From a virus (taxonomy: Duplodnaviria; Caudoviricetes): a stretch of DNA of 57,730 nucleotides. This document shows positions 17,314-26,957 of this stretch, piece by piece. Under the pieces are notes generated by a model. It was given only the letters and a program-made list of their open reading frames with translations, was not told where the DNA came from and did no database searches. Made by a program: the position numbers and the translations under genes. The first letter of the stretch is position 1. Each line of letters opens with the position of its first letter. The stretch is from positions 1 through 57,730 of IMG/VR virus record IMGVR_UViG_3300032328_001114; one strand, written 5' to 3'.

Positions 17314-17973
17314 TTAGAACTGTAAGTCAATTGCGCCAATTTTAGTGCCAGTTGAAGCCTCCAAATGAGTTGAACCCGTAAAGTTTTCGCTACAGAAGTA
17401 ATAAGCGTTTCCAATCTTTTTATAGTACATGTCGCCTCCGATACAAACGATACCAGCATTCCCTGCGTTGTTGTACTCCATAAAACAAGGCATATCGAAT
17501 ACGTTTTGCGGATTGGAAAAAGTAGGAACTTGTGGTATGCCTGTCTGCAATGTGAATTTTGGCACGGACCTATCGTATTCGTATCGCATGCCCAAGACAA
17601 TGCCAGGAAGTAGTACATCTTCGATAGGTGGATATACTTCTACAAAAACAGTGCAAGGATAGCCGAGATATGGCATATCTCCATCAAAGAAAAATGTTGC
17701 GCGCTGTTGATTTGACCTGTGCCAATTGGGATTTGGTGATGAGGCTACTTCTTTTACCAGTACACCAACAAAGCCCTTGCCGCCCATCGTAAGCGGAACA
17801 AGGGGTATAATGTCGTTTGTGGCAGAGAAGGCGGAACACTGCACAATGTCGCCTTGATTGTTGGCAACCTGTATAGTATTGCCAACAGCCCAAAACTCGT
17901 TCATAATCGTATTGATTTGAGCAAGGCTTATTCCATCAACCACATCCGATATTGCGCCTACGATGAATTCCAT
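17314..17973 (-). CDS. Hypothetical protein
   Basis: 219 aa, beta-rich; TAATG-coupled. Confidence 0.7.
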   Translation of the reverse strand: MEFIVGAISDVVDGISLAQINTIMNEFWAVGNTIQVANNQGDIVQCSAFSATNDIIPLVPLTMGGKGFVGVLVKEVASSPNPNWHRSNQQRATFFFDGDMPYLGYPCTVFVEVYPPIEDVLLPGIVLGMRYEYDRSVPKFTLQTGIPQVPTFSNPQNVFDMPCFMEYNNAGNAGIVCIGGDMYYKKIGNAYYFCSENFTGSTHLEASTGTKIGAIDLQF

Positions 17974-18197
17974 TACTTTGTTGGGGTTTTGTCTTTCTTA
18001 GTTGGCTCTAACAAGATACTAAGCACAGCAGGCACCCATGAGAACATGATAGATGCAGTGCCAAGTCCCATGTAGAAATTTTGGGCAAACATGAATTTAA
18101 TCATTTCCATGGAGAAAAGGCCGAAGCCTACACATATCATCAAGATACAAAGGATGCGCAAAAAACGCGAGATTCTTTTTTTCATTTGGTTATTCAT
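17973..18197 (-). CDS. Small two-TM membrane protein
   Basis: Likely start MNNQMKKR overlapping the stop of the upstream gene; two hydrophobic helices. Confidence 0.6.
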   Translation of the reverse strand: MNNQMKKRISRFLRILCILMICVGFGLFSMEMIKFMFAQNFYMGLGTASIMFSWVPAVLSILLEPTKKDKTPTK

Positions 18198-18753
18198 TTT
18201 TTGGAGTCCACGATTTAGAGAATTCACCGCTTTTGATGATTGTGGACTGGGGAATGCCTTTAGTAGATGCGAGTCTGAATACTTCTTCTTCGTCCATTCC
18301 CATGTGTGCCATAATTTCGCCAAGCGATACGCCTCTCTCAATAAGCGTTTTGATAATCGAACTCATGTCGATAACATTGTGGTTGCCCTTGGCTCGGTTC
18401 ATCATCACTGTTATCATTTCTACATTATCTTGCGGTATGATAACAATGGGTACATGTCCGTTTGTTAGATTAAATACCTTTTCTCGGCCTGATGTCATCC
18501 AACGGTGGAATCCGTCGATGATGGGCATAGGTTTGGTATTATTTATAACATTTGCTCCGCCGTGAGCGACAATAATCTCTGGCTTTTCGATTTGCATCAC
18601 TAAGATAGGGAAAACCCAGCCAATTTTCAAAATTGAGAACTCTAAAAGTTCTAATTCTGGCGGTGCTACATTGTTGGGATTGTAGTTGTTAGGGCAAAGG
18701 TTTTTGCGATGCGTCCAAAAAACGCGGCTTACAGGCTGTTTTGTGAGATTCAT
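18190..18753 (-). CDS. ibrB: IbrB-like ParB/Srx-fold protein
   Basis: QPVSRVFW, PNNYNPNNVAPPELELL..SI...GW..P, IIDGFHRW, NRAKG.H; likely start at ATG 18753. Confidence 0.85.
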   Translation of the reverse strand: MNLTKQPVSRVFWTHRKNLCPNNYNPNNVAPPELELLEFSILKIGWVFPILVMQIEKPEIIVAHGGANVINNTKPMPIIDGFHRWMTSGREKVFNLTNGHVPIVIIPQDNVEMITVMMNRAKGNHNVIDMSSIIKTLIERGVSLGEIMAHMGMDEEEVFRLASTKGIPQSTIIKSGEFSKSWTPKNE

Positions 18754-18757
18754 ATTT

Positions 18758-19999
18758 TTATTGATTGAAAAATTCTGGGTATTTTTCTTTACAAATTCTT
18801 TGGTATTTTTTTGTACCAAACTTCATAACTGCCTCGGCGAATGTAAGTCCGAGGTTCTTTTGTGTTTTTTCAGAATTGCTGGATGCTGTGCCGGCTATTC
18901 GTTGTTTAAAGTCTCCCTTTATAGCAATCTTACAAAGGAACTTCCAAGATACGCCCGAAATAACATCGGGTGTGTCTTCTGTTATATCTAGGGTTGACTT
19001 TTTATAGTGCATATCAATCAGGTCATCAATATTTTTCTTCACTATCTTGTACTCGGCATCGTTGTAGTTTTCGAGTGCGAGCTCTGTGTATTGATACCAC
19101 GTTAAACCTTCGGGTGGTTTTTTCATGCCAACAGAATAGATTGGAGTATTGGCATAGCGAACGGCAGCGCCTACACCTTTCACGCGAGTACAAAGCTTTG
19201 CCCAGTAGGCAGGGAAACATTCTTTGTAAATCCAAAGTCCGCGTATTGGTTCCTCTCCGAAGGGCGCGCAGATGCGTTGGGCAGACAGGCGGTTGTTCAT
19301 GGTAGTTTTATTGAACATGTCATAGCTCACATTATAGTCCCAACCGAATTTTGATACAGCTATCCAAACATCTTCAGCACTCCAATCGTAAATTGGATGC
19401 GCGTTTGTAAGGTTTTTCAATTTCCCTCCTCCGGGAGCGGTGATATAGTTGTCGTTTTCCCTTGTGGCCATTATCCTGTATCGACGCAGGGATTCAGACG
19501 AGCGTATTCCTGTCACAATTACGACCTTTCCGAGTTCTTTGTCTTGAAATAAGCATTTGAACGCGTAGGGTATTCCTGTTTTTTCATCCTGTTCAATACC
19601 GTTGAACCCTTTTATCTTGGTTATGGCATGGGCAGGCATTGGGCGAACCCACAAATCCTTTTTTGTCGGGTCCCATGACCACCAAAACGGTTCTAGGTTG
19701 GAACAGGCGTTGCGATGCTTGATATTTACGCAGTACCAATACATTTCTACCTCGGGCCGTTGCATGGTGCGCTCTGCAAACTCGATTGTTTCAAAGTTTA
19801 TACACTCCTCGTCAAAGAATACGGTTTTTACTGGCAGCTTGCCCATTTCTCGTGCAACTTCGATAGTTACGTTGAGCGCAGCTGTAGAATCTTTGCCGCC
19901 AGAAAATGCAACGACAACAGTATCGAACTGCATGTATAGCTGTCTAATGCGCTCCTTTGAAGCCTCATAGACGTTTACATTATTGTATTTCTTTTTCAT
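18758..19999 (-). CDS. ibrA: IbrA-like PAPS-reductase-fold PP-loop protein (DUF3440-type)
   Basis: NVYEASKERI, AFSGGKDS, GIRSSESLRR, HPIYDWSAEDVW, QRICAPFG. Confidence 0.88.
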   Translation of the reverse strand: MKKKYNNVNVYEASKERIRQLYMQFDTVVVAFSGGKDSTAALNVTIEVAREMGKLPVKTVFFDEECINFETIEFAERTMQRPEVEMYWYCVNIKHRNACSNLEPFWWSWDPTKKDLWVRPMPAHAITKIKGFNGIEQDEKTGIPYAFKCLFQDKELGKVVIVTGIRSSESLRRYRIMATRENDNYITAPGGGKLKNLTNAHPIYDWSAEDVWIAVSKFGWDYNVSYDMFNKTTMNNRLSAQRICAPFGEEPIRGLWIYKECFPAYWAKLCTRVKGVGAAVRYANTPIYSVGMKKPPEGLTWYQYTELALENYNDAEYKIVKKNIDDLIDMHYKKSTLDITEDTPDVISGVSWKFLCKIAIKGDFKQRIAGTASSNSEKTQKNLGLTFAEAVMKFGTKKYQRICKEKYPEFFNQ

Positions 20000-20520
20000 T
20001 TTGTTATTTCACCTGTTAGTAATTCAGAACCTGCAAAGGGTTTCGAGCAATAGTATAGTGCGCTTTCTCCACCGCTCACATACAACTCCATGCCTTTTGC
20101 AAATAAATTGAAACGTTTTGTTTTAAGTGAGTAAAAAGCGACTGCAAAGGTAGATATAGCGCATAGTTCAGCGGCTTTTTGTATGCCATGCCTTGATATT
20201 TGTCTGCAAAAGTATTCAGTATCTGAGCGCCCATCGTGGGCAGTGAGCGCACCATTGAAAGTAAAGACAAGATTATTTAAAACAATTGGTTGCAAAAATT
20301 CTATGTCCTTTGATGTTCCGATTATGGTGTGCAGTCGGGCATGGCCGATGATGATGTTCGATGTGTATTTTTGTTCCTGGTACTTACCGAGATAGCGGCT
20401 TATTTTCTGCCCATCGAAATAACCAAAGCCATCTGGGCCACGTTTGCAGGCAAGTCGCGCGAGTTGGTTTAGTAGTTTATTGTCCGGCTGTTCGCCAATG
20501 AATCCGAAAAGTCCGCACAT
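19996..20520 (-). CDS. Class II (Ntn) glutamine amidotransferase
   Basis: N-terminal MCGLFGF (nucleophile Cys2), RGPDGFG, GHARL, QPI, NG, SDTE. Confidence 0.88.
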   Translation of the reverse strand: MCGLFGFIGEQPDNKLLNQLARLACKRGPDGFGYFDGQKISRYLGKYQEQKYTSNIIIGHARLHTIIGTSKDIEFLQPIVLNNLVFTFNGALTAHDGRSDTEYFCRQISRHGIQKAAELCAISTFAVAFYSLKTKRFNLFAKGMELYVSGGESALYYCSKPFAGSELLTGEITK

Positions 20521-20521
20521 G

Positions 20522-21289
20522 TTACAAGGTTTTTAAAAATGCTTCTGCAGATGGAATATAGTTGGCGGCAAATTGTAGGATGGTTGGGTCTATTTGGTAG
20601 ATTTCCGCCCAGGCATGTTCGTGTGATTCGCACCACTGGCGAGCTGCCCATGGATGGGTGCCGCATCGGTAACCGCGAGGCCATGAGTAAAAAGGCGGAA
20701 TTGGCAGCTTTGAGTAGTGAATGACCGCAAAAACATCTTCGTGTGTCCAGTCAGCTAGGGGAGAATAGCGCAGTAGGTTTTGATAGGTGTAGTGCTTCAT
20801 GCCTGCACGGCCAACAAAATTACCATCCTCGCGCCTGCGGCCAAGGATAATAGTATCGAGTTTGTTCTCTGCATAATACTTGCGCTGTGCCCTGTGCTGT
20901 ACTTTTCTAAACCAATTGCCTGCTATCTCTGAATTGGCAGGGAAAAGCATTTCAGGATTTTTTAAGAGCCAAGCCATATCAAGCCCTGTGTTGATGACTG
21001 TCAGCCCTTGGGGCATGTTCTCAGTTACCCATCGCAGGAATGCAGGATATTCCAAATCAGATATGCCCAACATGCACTCATGTACGCCTGCTAACTCGCA
21101 AACGTACTGTAGTGCAATGCTATCTTTACCACCCGACCAAGAAAATGCCGCATGAGGGTGTTTACAGATAAAGGATCGTATTTCAGAAACGGCGCTGTAT
21201 ATAAGCTCCTCGGTTTTGTGCCGAGGTCTTTGTTCTGCTTTCTCCTTTATTAACAAAAAATCCTCATGCGTCAAGCTCTGTTTTTTCAT
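20522..21289 (-). CDS. Second PAPS-reductase-fold PP-loop protein
   Basis: SWSGGKDS, LGRRREDGN, SPLADWTHEDV. Confidence 0.88.
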   Translation of the reverse strand: MKKQSLTHEDFLLIKEKAEQRPRHKTEELIYSAVSEIRSFICKHPHAAFSWSGGKDSIALQYVCELAGVHECMLGISDLEYPAFLRWVTENMPQGLTVINTGLDMAWLLKNPEMLFPANSEIAGNWFRKVQHRAQRKYYAENKLDTIILGRRREDGNFVGRAGMKHYTYQNLLRYSPLADWTHEDVFAVIHYSKLPIPPFYSWPRGYRCGTHPWAARQWCESHEHAWAEIYQIDPTILQFAANYIPSAEAFLKTL

Positions 21290-22059
21290 TAATCGGTGGT
21301 TTTAGTTCGGATGTTGGATATTTCACGCGCAGAAATGCCGTTCACGATAGTGCGGTTCACCATTGGGTGATCGTCATGCTCGGGGCCAAAGTCGCTATCT
21401 GGATGGAATGCCACAATTTTCATAAACTGGCCGCTTCGGTCGGTTCTGAATTTGTGTGCTTGCTCGGTTGCCAAATAGAAGATGTCGCCCTTTGCAAGTT
21501 CTAACTCCTCCAAAGGTGTAACCGCTTGCCCTGTGCCACTAAAAATACAACCCATTCGGCATGATGGGTGTGTGTGCATGGTTTGGTTGATGCCTTGGGG
21601 CATATAGAGCGCATTTAGGCAAGGCTCACCGATGAGAGTAGGGGAGATAAGCAAGGTATCAGTGCAGCCGTCGATGTATCGCAGCCTTCCGCCTGATGGC
21701 TCGACTTTGATAATGCAGTGCATTGATTTGTTTTCTTCCTGCTTGATGACAAAAAACTTAGTGTTTTTGCCAATAGTGAAAACAAATTCGCCCGGCACAG
21801 AGAATGCCTCCCCTCGCCCAATCCTTTTACCCTTACGGCCTGTTTTTAGGTGCAAGTGTCCTTGTATTACATATCCGTAATAACTACCGCCGTATAGCTC
21901 TATTTTTTCGCCTGCTCGGCTTGGGTGCGCTTGTGTATCGTAGCCGAATAGCGTCGAATTGCCTTCTTTAGCCAAGCAACCAAAGTATTTCGAGAATATG
22001 AAGCAATTTTCCGAGATACTTTTGACGTAAGCGCAGGATGAAAATACAGTCTTATCCAT
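21289..22059 (-). CDS. Bicupin-type protein
   Basis: GRLRYIDGCTD, QTMHTHPS.R.G and H.FRT...FHPDSDFGP; metal-binding His cupin motifs. Confidence 0.8.
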   Translation of the reverse strand: MDKTVFSSCAYVKSISENCFIFSKYFGCLAKEGNSTLFGYDTQAHPSRAGEKIELYGGSYYGYVIQGHLHLKTGRKGKRIGRGEAFSVPGEFVFTIGKNTKFFVIKQEENKSMHCIIKVEPSGGRLRYIDGCTDTLLISPTLIGEPCLNALYMPQGINQTMHTHPSCRMGCIFSGTGQAVTPLEELELAKGDIFYLATEQAHKFRTDRSGQFMKIVAFHPDSDFGPEHDDHPMVNRTIVNGISAREISNIRTKTTD

Positions 22060-22918
22060 TTTCTGCCGTTAATTTTTCGTATTCCTTAACAATATGAATC
22101 AAAGCATCGGCATTAGTTCTAAGTCCTAGCTTTGTTTTTACTGCAAAAATTACTTCAGTTAAAAATTTCTTTTGGCTGTACTCCATCACTTCATTGTAGG
22201 ACACAAAGTCATATTTGGCGAGCTTTGTCTGTTCGACTACTGGTTGCGTTTCTTTTCTGCCCTCCGCTTTAGTCTCATACGCTTCTTGTACCTCATCCTC
22301 CGCGTCGAAGTCTTCATCTTGAGACTCCTCATATTGCACAGTCTTATGCTCAACTTTGGGAGTTTCGTTATCCCGATTCTCAGTTTCATTGGTTGGAGTT
22401 GGTTTGGAATTGCTTAGTGGCTCGCGCTTGAATGACATGTTCATGTTTTCCATTTCTTTAGATAGTCCCTGGGCGGACTTCATAAAGTCGAGGTTATCAA
22501 ATTCGAGGAATGAAACTGTTTCTAGGGAGAAAGAAACATCTTCCATGTCGGACATAAAGTTTTTGAGTCCGCTCTCGGTGATTTTACCGTAATGCGAATT
22601 CAAAAGCAGGAGCTTTTCTTTAGCATCCTGCTTATTTTTCGCATCTATGAGTAGAAAATCAATTTTGTAGCTGCCTCCGAATTTTACGCCATGCTTTTTG
22701 TAGATTTCGAGGCGTCGATGACCGTCCAAGGAGTAGTATTCTCCATCTTCTGAGTCACGAAATACAAATTCGGGGACAAATTTACCCTTACTTTTGAGAG
22801 AGTTGAGGAGCTTGCGCTCATCGTCGGGGTTCATTTTTTCTTTCAGGTCTCCCTGAAATGGCTTTACCATGCGATAGTCCAGCTTTACTAAGCTGTACTC
22901 GCTCGTTTCGATGTTCAT
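22052..22918 (-). CDS. ParB/Srx-like N-terminal domain with an acidic linker and small C-terminal helical domain
   Basis: FQGDLK, KLLNSLKSKG, LDGHRRL, NSHYG. Confidence 0.8.
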   Translation of the reverse strand: MNIETSEYSLVKLDYRMVKPFQGDLKEKMNPDDERKLLNSLKSKGKFVPEFVFRDSEDGEYYSLDGHRRLEIYKKHGVKFGGSYKIDFLLIDAKNKQDAKEKLLLLNSHYGKITESGLKNFMSDMEDVSFSLETVSFLEFDNLDFMKSAQGLSKEMENMNMSFKREPLSNSKPTPTNETENRDNETPKVEHKTVQYEESQDEDFDAEDEVQEAYETKAEGRKETQPVVEQTKLAKYDFVSYNEVMEYSQKKFLTEVIFAVKTKLGLRTNADALIHIVKEYEKLTAENG

Positions 22919-22948
22919 TTGCTTGCTTATTTGGTGTTAAATAAAGCC

Positions 22949-22980
22949 CAAATATATAGCATTAATCGGGTTTACTGCAA
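22949..22980 (-). promoter_or_regulatory. Promoter of the ParB-cupin-PP-loop operon
   Basis: Minus strand TTG (22980-22978)-N21-TATATTTG (22956-22949), 30 nt above the ATG. Confidence 0.7.
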
Positions 22981-23658
22981 GTTTTCAGCGGCTTTTTTTG
23001 CTAAGATTTTCGCCATCTCCACACGGAAATTTCTAATCATTAACAAATCAGCGTTTTGCGGATTGTCAAAAAATCCGAGTTCAAATAAAATACAGGGCAT
23101 TTTAGTCCATGTAGTCATATCAAGGCTATTGTCATGCACCAACTGCGAGCGTAATTTGCTGCCTTTGGCCTTGAATAACTCATGCACCGGTCTAATCATT
23201 GTATCGGCAAGCTTGGCAGTTTCGCTACCTAGTTTATACACCATTGCGCAGGGTCCACCTGCGGCAGTTTGGGGCGTGGTGCCTTTTGTATTGCTATTGG
23301 CATGGAAACTTAAACACAAAGCATTGGGGCGGCCCATCATTTCCCAGATTGTATTGGCGAGGTTACAGCGAGAACCTTCCTGTACAGGTTTGCCGGGTTG
23401 GCTGTAGTCGTTGTATCTCCAAGTATCGGACAATGGCCGATAGACAGGAATACAGATAAACCCTTCTTTCATGGCTTCTTCTATAAATTCATCGGCAAAG
23501 ATTCTATTGAAGTGCCCTTCATAGAACCAAGATTCGTCGTGGTAGTCTTTACCGTTGTTGTGAAGCGTGAGCTTTCCATCGGTTGGAAACGTTTGATAGC
23601 CAGTTTCGTTGGTGTAGCCACCATGACCTGCGTCAATGAATAGAACTGTCTTTTTCAT
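22972..23658 (-). CDS. Endolysin, N-acetylmuramoyl-L-alanine amidase (Amidase_3)
   Basis: IDAGHGG, E, SFHANS, ILFELGFFDN zinc-amidase motifs. Confidence 0.92.
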   Translation of the reverse strand: MKKTVLFIDAGHGGYTNETGYQTFPTDGKLTLHNNGKDYHDESWFYEGHFNRIFADEFIEEAMKEGFICIPVYRPLSDTWRYNDYSQPGKPVQEGSRCNLANTIWEMMGRPNALCLSFHANSNTKGTTPQTAAGGPCAMVYKLGSETAKLADTMIRPVHELFKAKGSKLRSQLVHDNSLDMTTWTKMPCILFELGFFDNPQNADLLMIRNFRVEMAKILAKKAAENLQ

Positions 23659-23863
23659 CGTAAAGGAATTTTTTAGTTATTGAATAGATAAGGATTGGAA
23701 GCCAAAAACAGGCACACCAAGCCGAGAAAAATACAAGCAGTAAGATTCTGAAAGCGGATTCAGTATTACTTTCGCTGTCAGCAGCTCGCGCCGGGTACTC
23801 GATTGTGAGAATATATGCTGCATATATGAGGCCGATTCCTGTGTAAAAAATTGCTATTATCAT
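23633..23863 (-). CDS. Small two-TM membrane protein
   Basis: 76 aa with two hydrophobic segments, just upstream of the endolysin. Confidence 0.55.
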   Translation of the reverse strand: MIIAIFYTGIGLIYAAYILTIEYPARAADSESNTESAFRILLLVFFSAWCACFWLPILIYSITKKFLYDEKDSSIH

Positions 23864-24489
23864 AATATTTGATTTATGTTGTAATTTTTCTTAGCGATAC
23901 TCATTAGTGCCTCAACGCTTTTATTCCACACAAGGGTTGCCGCATCGCGCTCATGCTCGTTTGTTGTGCCGCTGTAACCTGTCAAGCGTTTGAATTCCGC
24001 CTCGTTTGTTTTGGTAGGCATCCGCATAAGTTCTACTGCGCCCGCGGTTATCGTCATGCCGTTTCTAAACTTGCTTTTGTCTGCTCTGTCTCGGCTCGAT
24101 GGAGAAACGCGCAGGTGTGGCATTTCTCGCATCTTAATCTCTGATATAAAAAGCTTACAAATGTATTTGTTTTTGCCCACTGCCTGCGCCATTTGCAGAC
24201 ACTTATCAAAGGCCGCCTTAACAGATTGTATAGAACCTATTCCTTTCTTAAAATAGGCTGAGATAACAGATAGGAACGGCTCCCATTGGTTAAACACACC
24301 ACGCTCCAGTGTATTATCTTCTACCACTACACACATGCGAGAGTCCGTTTTCCTGTCCCAATATACCAATATTTCTAAAACTTCAAAAACCGTCCCTGAA
24401 AAAATATCAAGGAAGGTTTTTGATTTTGTTTCATAGACCGCAATTGCCGAGTTATACCCGCCTCCTATGTCAATGCCTATGAGAATCAT
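23860..24489 (-). CDS. RuvC-like Holliday junction resolvase
   Basis: MILIGIDIG, VVVED, NEHERDAA. Confidence 0.8.
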   Translation of the reverse strand: MILIGIDIGGGYNSAIAVYETKSKTFLDIFSGTVFEVLEILVYWDRKTDSRMCVVVEDNTLERGVFNQWEPFLSVISAYFKKGIGSIQSVKAAFDKCLQMAQAVGKNKYICKLFISEIKMREMPHLRVSPSSRDRADKSKFRNGMTITAGAVELMRMPTKTNEAEFKRLTGYSGTTNEHERDAATLVWNKSVEALMSIAKKNYNINQIL

Positions 24490-24692
24490 TTTTTGCGAAA
24501 GTTGATTTGTCGGCTTTGGATTTCGATGCGCGTTTTATTATTTACGCTTTGTTCTTTGCCAGCTATCAATCCATCAAGCCAATTAGATGCCGATTCGGTA
24601 GATACGCCTTTGTATGGATTATCTGTTGCGAATTTTCCGTTTAGCCCTGCTTCGTAGCCGTATTTCCATGCGGCACTGTCTTTTCCATTCAT
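24486..24692 (-). CDS. Ribosome-modulation-factor-like small protein
   Basis: AWKYGYEAGLNG...NPY...WLDG pattern. Confidence 0.6.
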   Translation of the reverse strand: MNGKDSAAWKYGYEAGLNGKFATDNPYKGVSTESASNWLDGLIAGKEQSVNNKTRIEIQSRQINFRKK

Positions 24693-25593
24693 TGTTTTGT
24701 TCGATTTGGTCTTTGTATCGGAGAAACAATTCAGCTTGCAATTCCTCGCGAATCTTGTTGAACTCCTCTGGTGTTTTTGGAATGAATTTTCTCTTATTAA
24801 ACGTTTGCTTTTCTTTTGCTTTTACGGATTTAAAAATCTCCTTGATTTTCTCTAGGTTTTCCTCGTCCCACTCCGAAGCTTTAAGCATATCGGTTTTATG
24901 GTAAAGATTTTCCTTAGTTCTTATTGTCTCGATATGCGCATCTCTTTGGGAAAGATACTTTCTAATCCATGCAAAAATATCGTTGGGCCCAAGTGCATTA
25001 AAAAGACCTTCCTCATTGTAATCGCCATTCTTGCCCTTGCGCATAATGAATGTGATTTCAGATATAGAAAGAAAATAGAACTCAGGGTGATGTACTATAT
25101 CCAAAGCGCAGGAGGCAATTTGTTCTTTCGTCATATTGCGCTTGACGTTTATAGAGAGAATTGTCTCAATCATTATCGCCTCTACCAAATCAACTACCAT
25201 GCCCTCAGGTGTATATTTCTTCATAGCTGCTATGGTTGGCACAGTTGGGTTCATGGCTTGCTCTATGGTAACGATGTGTGCCGATGGCAGCTTTGCCCAA
25301 GATTGGTTGCAGATAAGCGCGCGCTCTGGGTCGAAAAGCTTTGGCGCTTCTTTGTACACTTGTACCAGTCTGCTTTGTTTTTCTTCTGCAAGGTTACGGA
25401 AGATTTCTATAACTGCATTCTTTGTTGAATCATAAGTAACAAGCTCTTGGCCTGTTGGTTCGCTATGAATGCGCTCATGCAGCTTCTCTGCGTATTTTTC
25501 AAAGACGGTCTCTAAGCTCTGAATATCTTGCTTTGAGACTGTCTTTTGTTGCATCTTGTTGGTGGGCTGTTGAATTATTTGAAGTAAGTTCAT
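24619..25593 (-). CDS. Replication accessory / helicase-loader-like protein
   Basis: Follows the initiator; FYFLSISEI...GDY...IFAWIRKY pattern. Confidence 0.55.
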   Translation of the reverse strand: MNLLQIIQQPTNKMQQKTVSKQDIQSLETVFEKYAEKLHERIHSEPTGQELVTYDSTKNAVIEIFRNLAEEKQSRLVQVYKEAPKLFDPERALICNQSWAKLPSAHIVTIEQAMNPTVPTIAAMKKYTPEGMVVDLVEAIMIETILSINVKRNMTKEQIASCALDIVHHPEFYFLSISEITFIMRKGKNGDYNEEGLFNALGPNDIFAWIRKYLSQRDAHIETIRTKENLYHKTDMLKASEWDEENLEKIKEIFKSVKAKEKQTFNKRKFIPKTPEEFNKIREELQAELFLRYKDQIEQNNEWKRQCRMEIRLRSRAKRKIRNR

Positions 25594-26515
25594 TGTTTAT
25601 TTTTAGTTGGATTTTATTATAAAAGTCTGAGAAGTTACGAAGCAAGTTATCTGGAGTAAAAGAGTTCCAATAAAAAACTTGCTTATTTTTGGCAAGTTCT
25701 ATATAGAGAGAAAGTATATCGCGGAATGCGTTAATCTTATCATCCTTCGTTGGCTCTAACATCTTTGCATCAACAATTGAGCAAATAGTATCAACTAGTT
25801 CTTTTAGTTTCTTTTCCTGCGCCATTGTGATGACACAATCTATTTTGCTTTGGGAATTGTGCACCTGTTTATTGAATTCGTCGTTTTGCTCTAGGTAAAC
25901 AGTCCTGCAAAGTTGGTATAGTGGCATTTCGTCTGTCTCATGTCGCGGTGGTTTCTCTTTGGCTGTCTTGGGCTCGTTGCGCAGTTCAATGATTGTTCTT
26001 TCCTGGGCGTTGATGGTATCGTACAGGATTTTAATCTGTTCATCCTTGCCCTGCAAAATAGATGTGAGTTTCTTTAGTTCCGCCTGTAGTGCTTCGATTG
26101 TTTTTACATGGCCATTGACCGCCTCGGCATGGTGCGCTGAATTCTCGGCGCTGCCTTTTACTTTCCCTAAGCATGGCAGAGCCTTACAAAGGTCGGTAAA
26201 TGCGAAATAGCCCTGAAAAGAACGCCCTTGGGGATGCCGAGCAATGAGTTTCAAATCCACTAACTTTGCGAGCTTTGCAAAGCAGGTTGTGCGCCCGATA
26301 TTCCAGTCGGGGAACTGCTGTTGTACCAGTGCGGGAGAAAACCAGTAATAAGTGACCGATTCGTCCGTAAATGCCTTTGCATTGCCTGCAAAAGCAAATT
26401 GGTACAGCATTTCGAGAAGCTGATAGTCTTGGTCTTTCAGCTTCAAAGAGCCTTCAGTGTGTTTATCATTGAAGGTCCTTATATCAATATGCGATACTGT
26501 TGTTGTGTACTTCAT
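25499..26515 (-). CDS. Putative replication initiator (N-terminal winged HTH, coiled coil, C-terminal helical domain)
   Basis: YYWFS...QQFP..IGRTTCFAKLAKLVDLKLI wHTH pattern; C-terminal FTPDNLLRNF; gene position. Confidence 0.65.
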   Translation of the reverse strand: MKYTTTVSHIDIRTFNDKHTEGSLKLKDQDYQLLEMLYQFAFAGNAKAFTDESVTYYWFSPALVQQQFPDWNIGRTTCFAKLAKLVDLKLIARHPQGRSFQGYFAFTDLCKALPCLGKVKGSAENSAHHAEAVNGHVKTIEALQAELKKLTSILQGKDEQIKILYDTINAQERTIIELRNEPKTAKEKPPRHETDEMPLYQLCRTVYLEQNDEFNKQVHNSQSKIDCVITMAQEKKLKELVDTICSIVDAKMLEPTKDDKINAFRDILSLYIELAKNKQVFYWNSFTPDNLLRNFSDFYNKIQLKINNELTSNNSTAHQQDATKDSLKARYSELRDRL

Positions 26516-26552
26516 GTTTCAATTATTACCTTTTACATCATTCTTATTACCA

Positions 26553-26894
26553 TCAAAACCCCAAAGCCTTCCTTACTTTTTGCTCTGCTATTTTCTTTAC
26601 AAAATTGCCATCTGAAAGTATCTCTTTTGTTTTTTCAGCAACAAGTTCTTTAAAGTCTAGTTCAATTAACGCTTTTTCAACTCCCTCTCTAAATGTTCGC
26701 TCAATTGCCCAATCTAAAGAACTTTCAAATTGACTCATTTTTTTTTCAAAAATTGACTTTTTGAAATATTCTTTCATAGACTCCTCGACCTGCTTCTCAT
26801 TAGCAGAAATAGATTTTTTAACTGATGATACAATTGTTTCTTTTACAATTGTAGCTATTTCATCAACTGATAATTCAAATTTCATATTTTCCAT
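26553..26894 (-). CDS. Hypothetical helical protein
   Basis: Likely start MENMKFEL after an A-rich leader. Confidence 0.65.
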   Translation of the reverse strand: MENMKFELSVDEIATIVKETIVSSVKKSISANEKQVEESMKEYFKKSIFEKKMSQFESSLDWAIERTFREGVEKALIELDFKELVAEKTKEILSDGNFVKKIAEQKVRKALGF

Positions 26895-26926
26895 ACCTTT
26901 GTTGTTTTTTAAAATACTACGATTAA

Positions 26927-26957
26927 CAAATGTAATAAATATATTTGAGGTGTTCAA
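26927..26957 (-). promoter_or_regulatory. Promoter of the replication operon; its -33 box lies inside an iteron-like palindrome
   Basis: Minus strand TTG (26957-26955)-N20-TACATTTG (26934-26927). Confidence 0.7.

Noticed and set aside
18758-21289. Sulfate-assimilation (cysH) auxiliary metabolic genes
   Set aside because: Neither protein shows the C-terminal ECGLH motif of true PAPS reductases, and the context (ParB-fold, GATase, terminase) is not metabolic.
18190-22918. ParABS partition system
   Set aside because: Both ParB-fold proteins lack a recognisable ParB HTH/parS-binding region, and no ParA-type ATPase is present.
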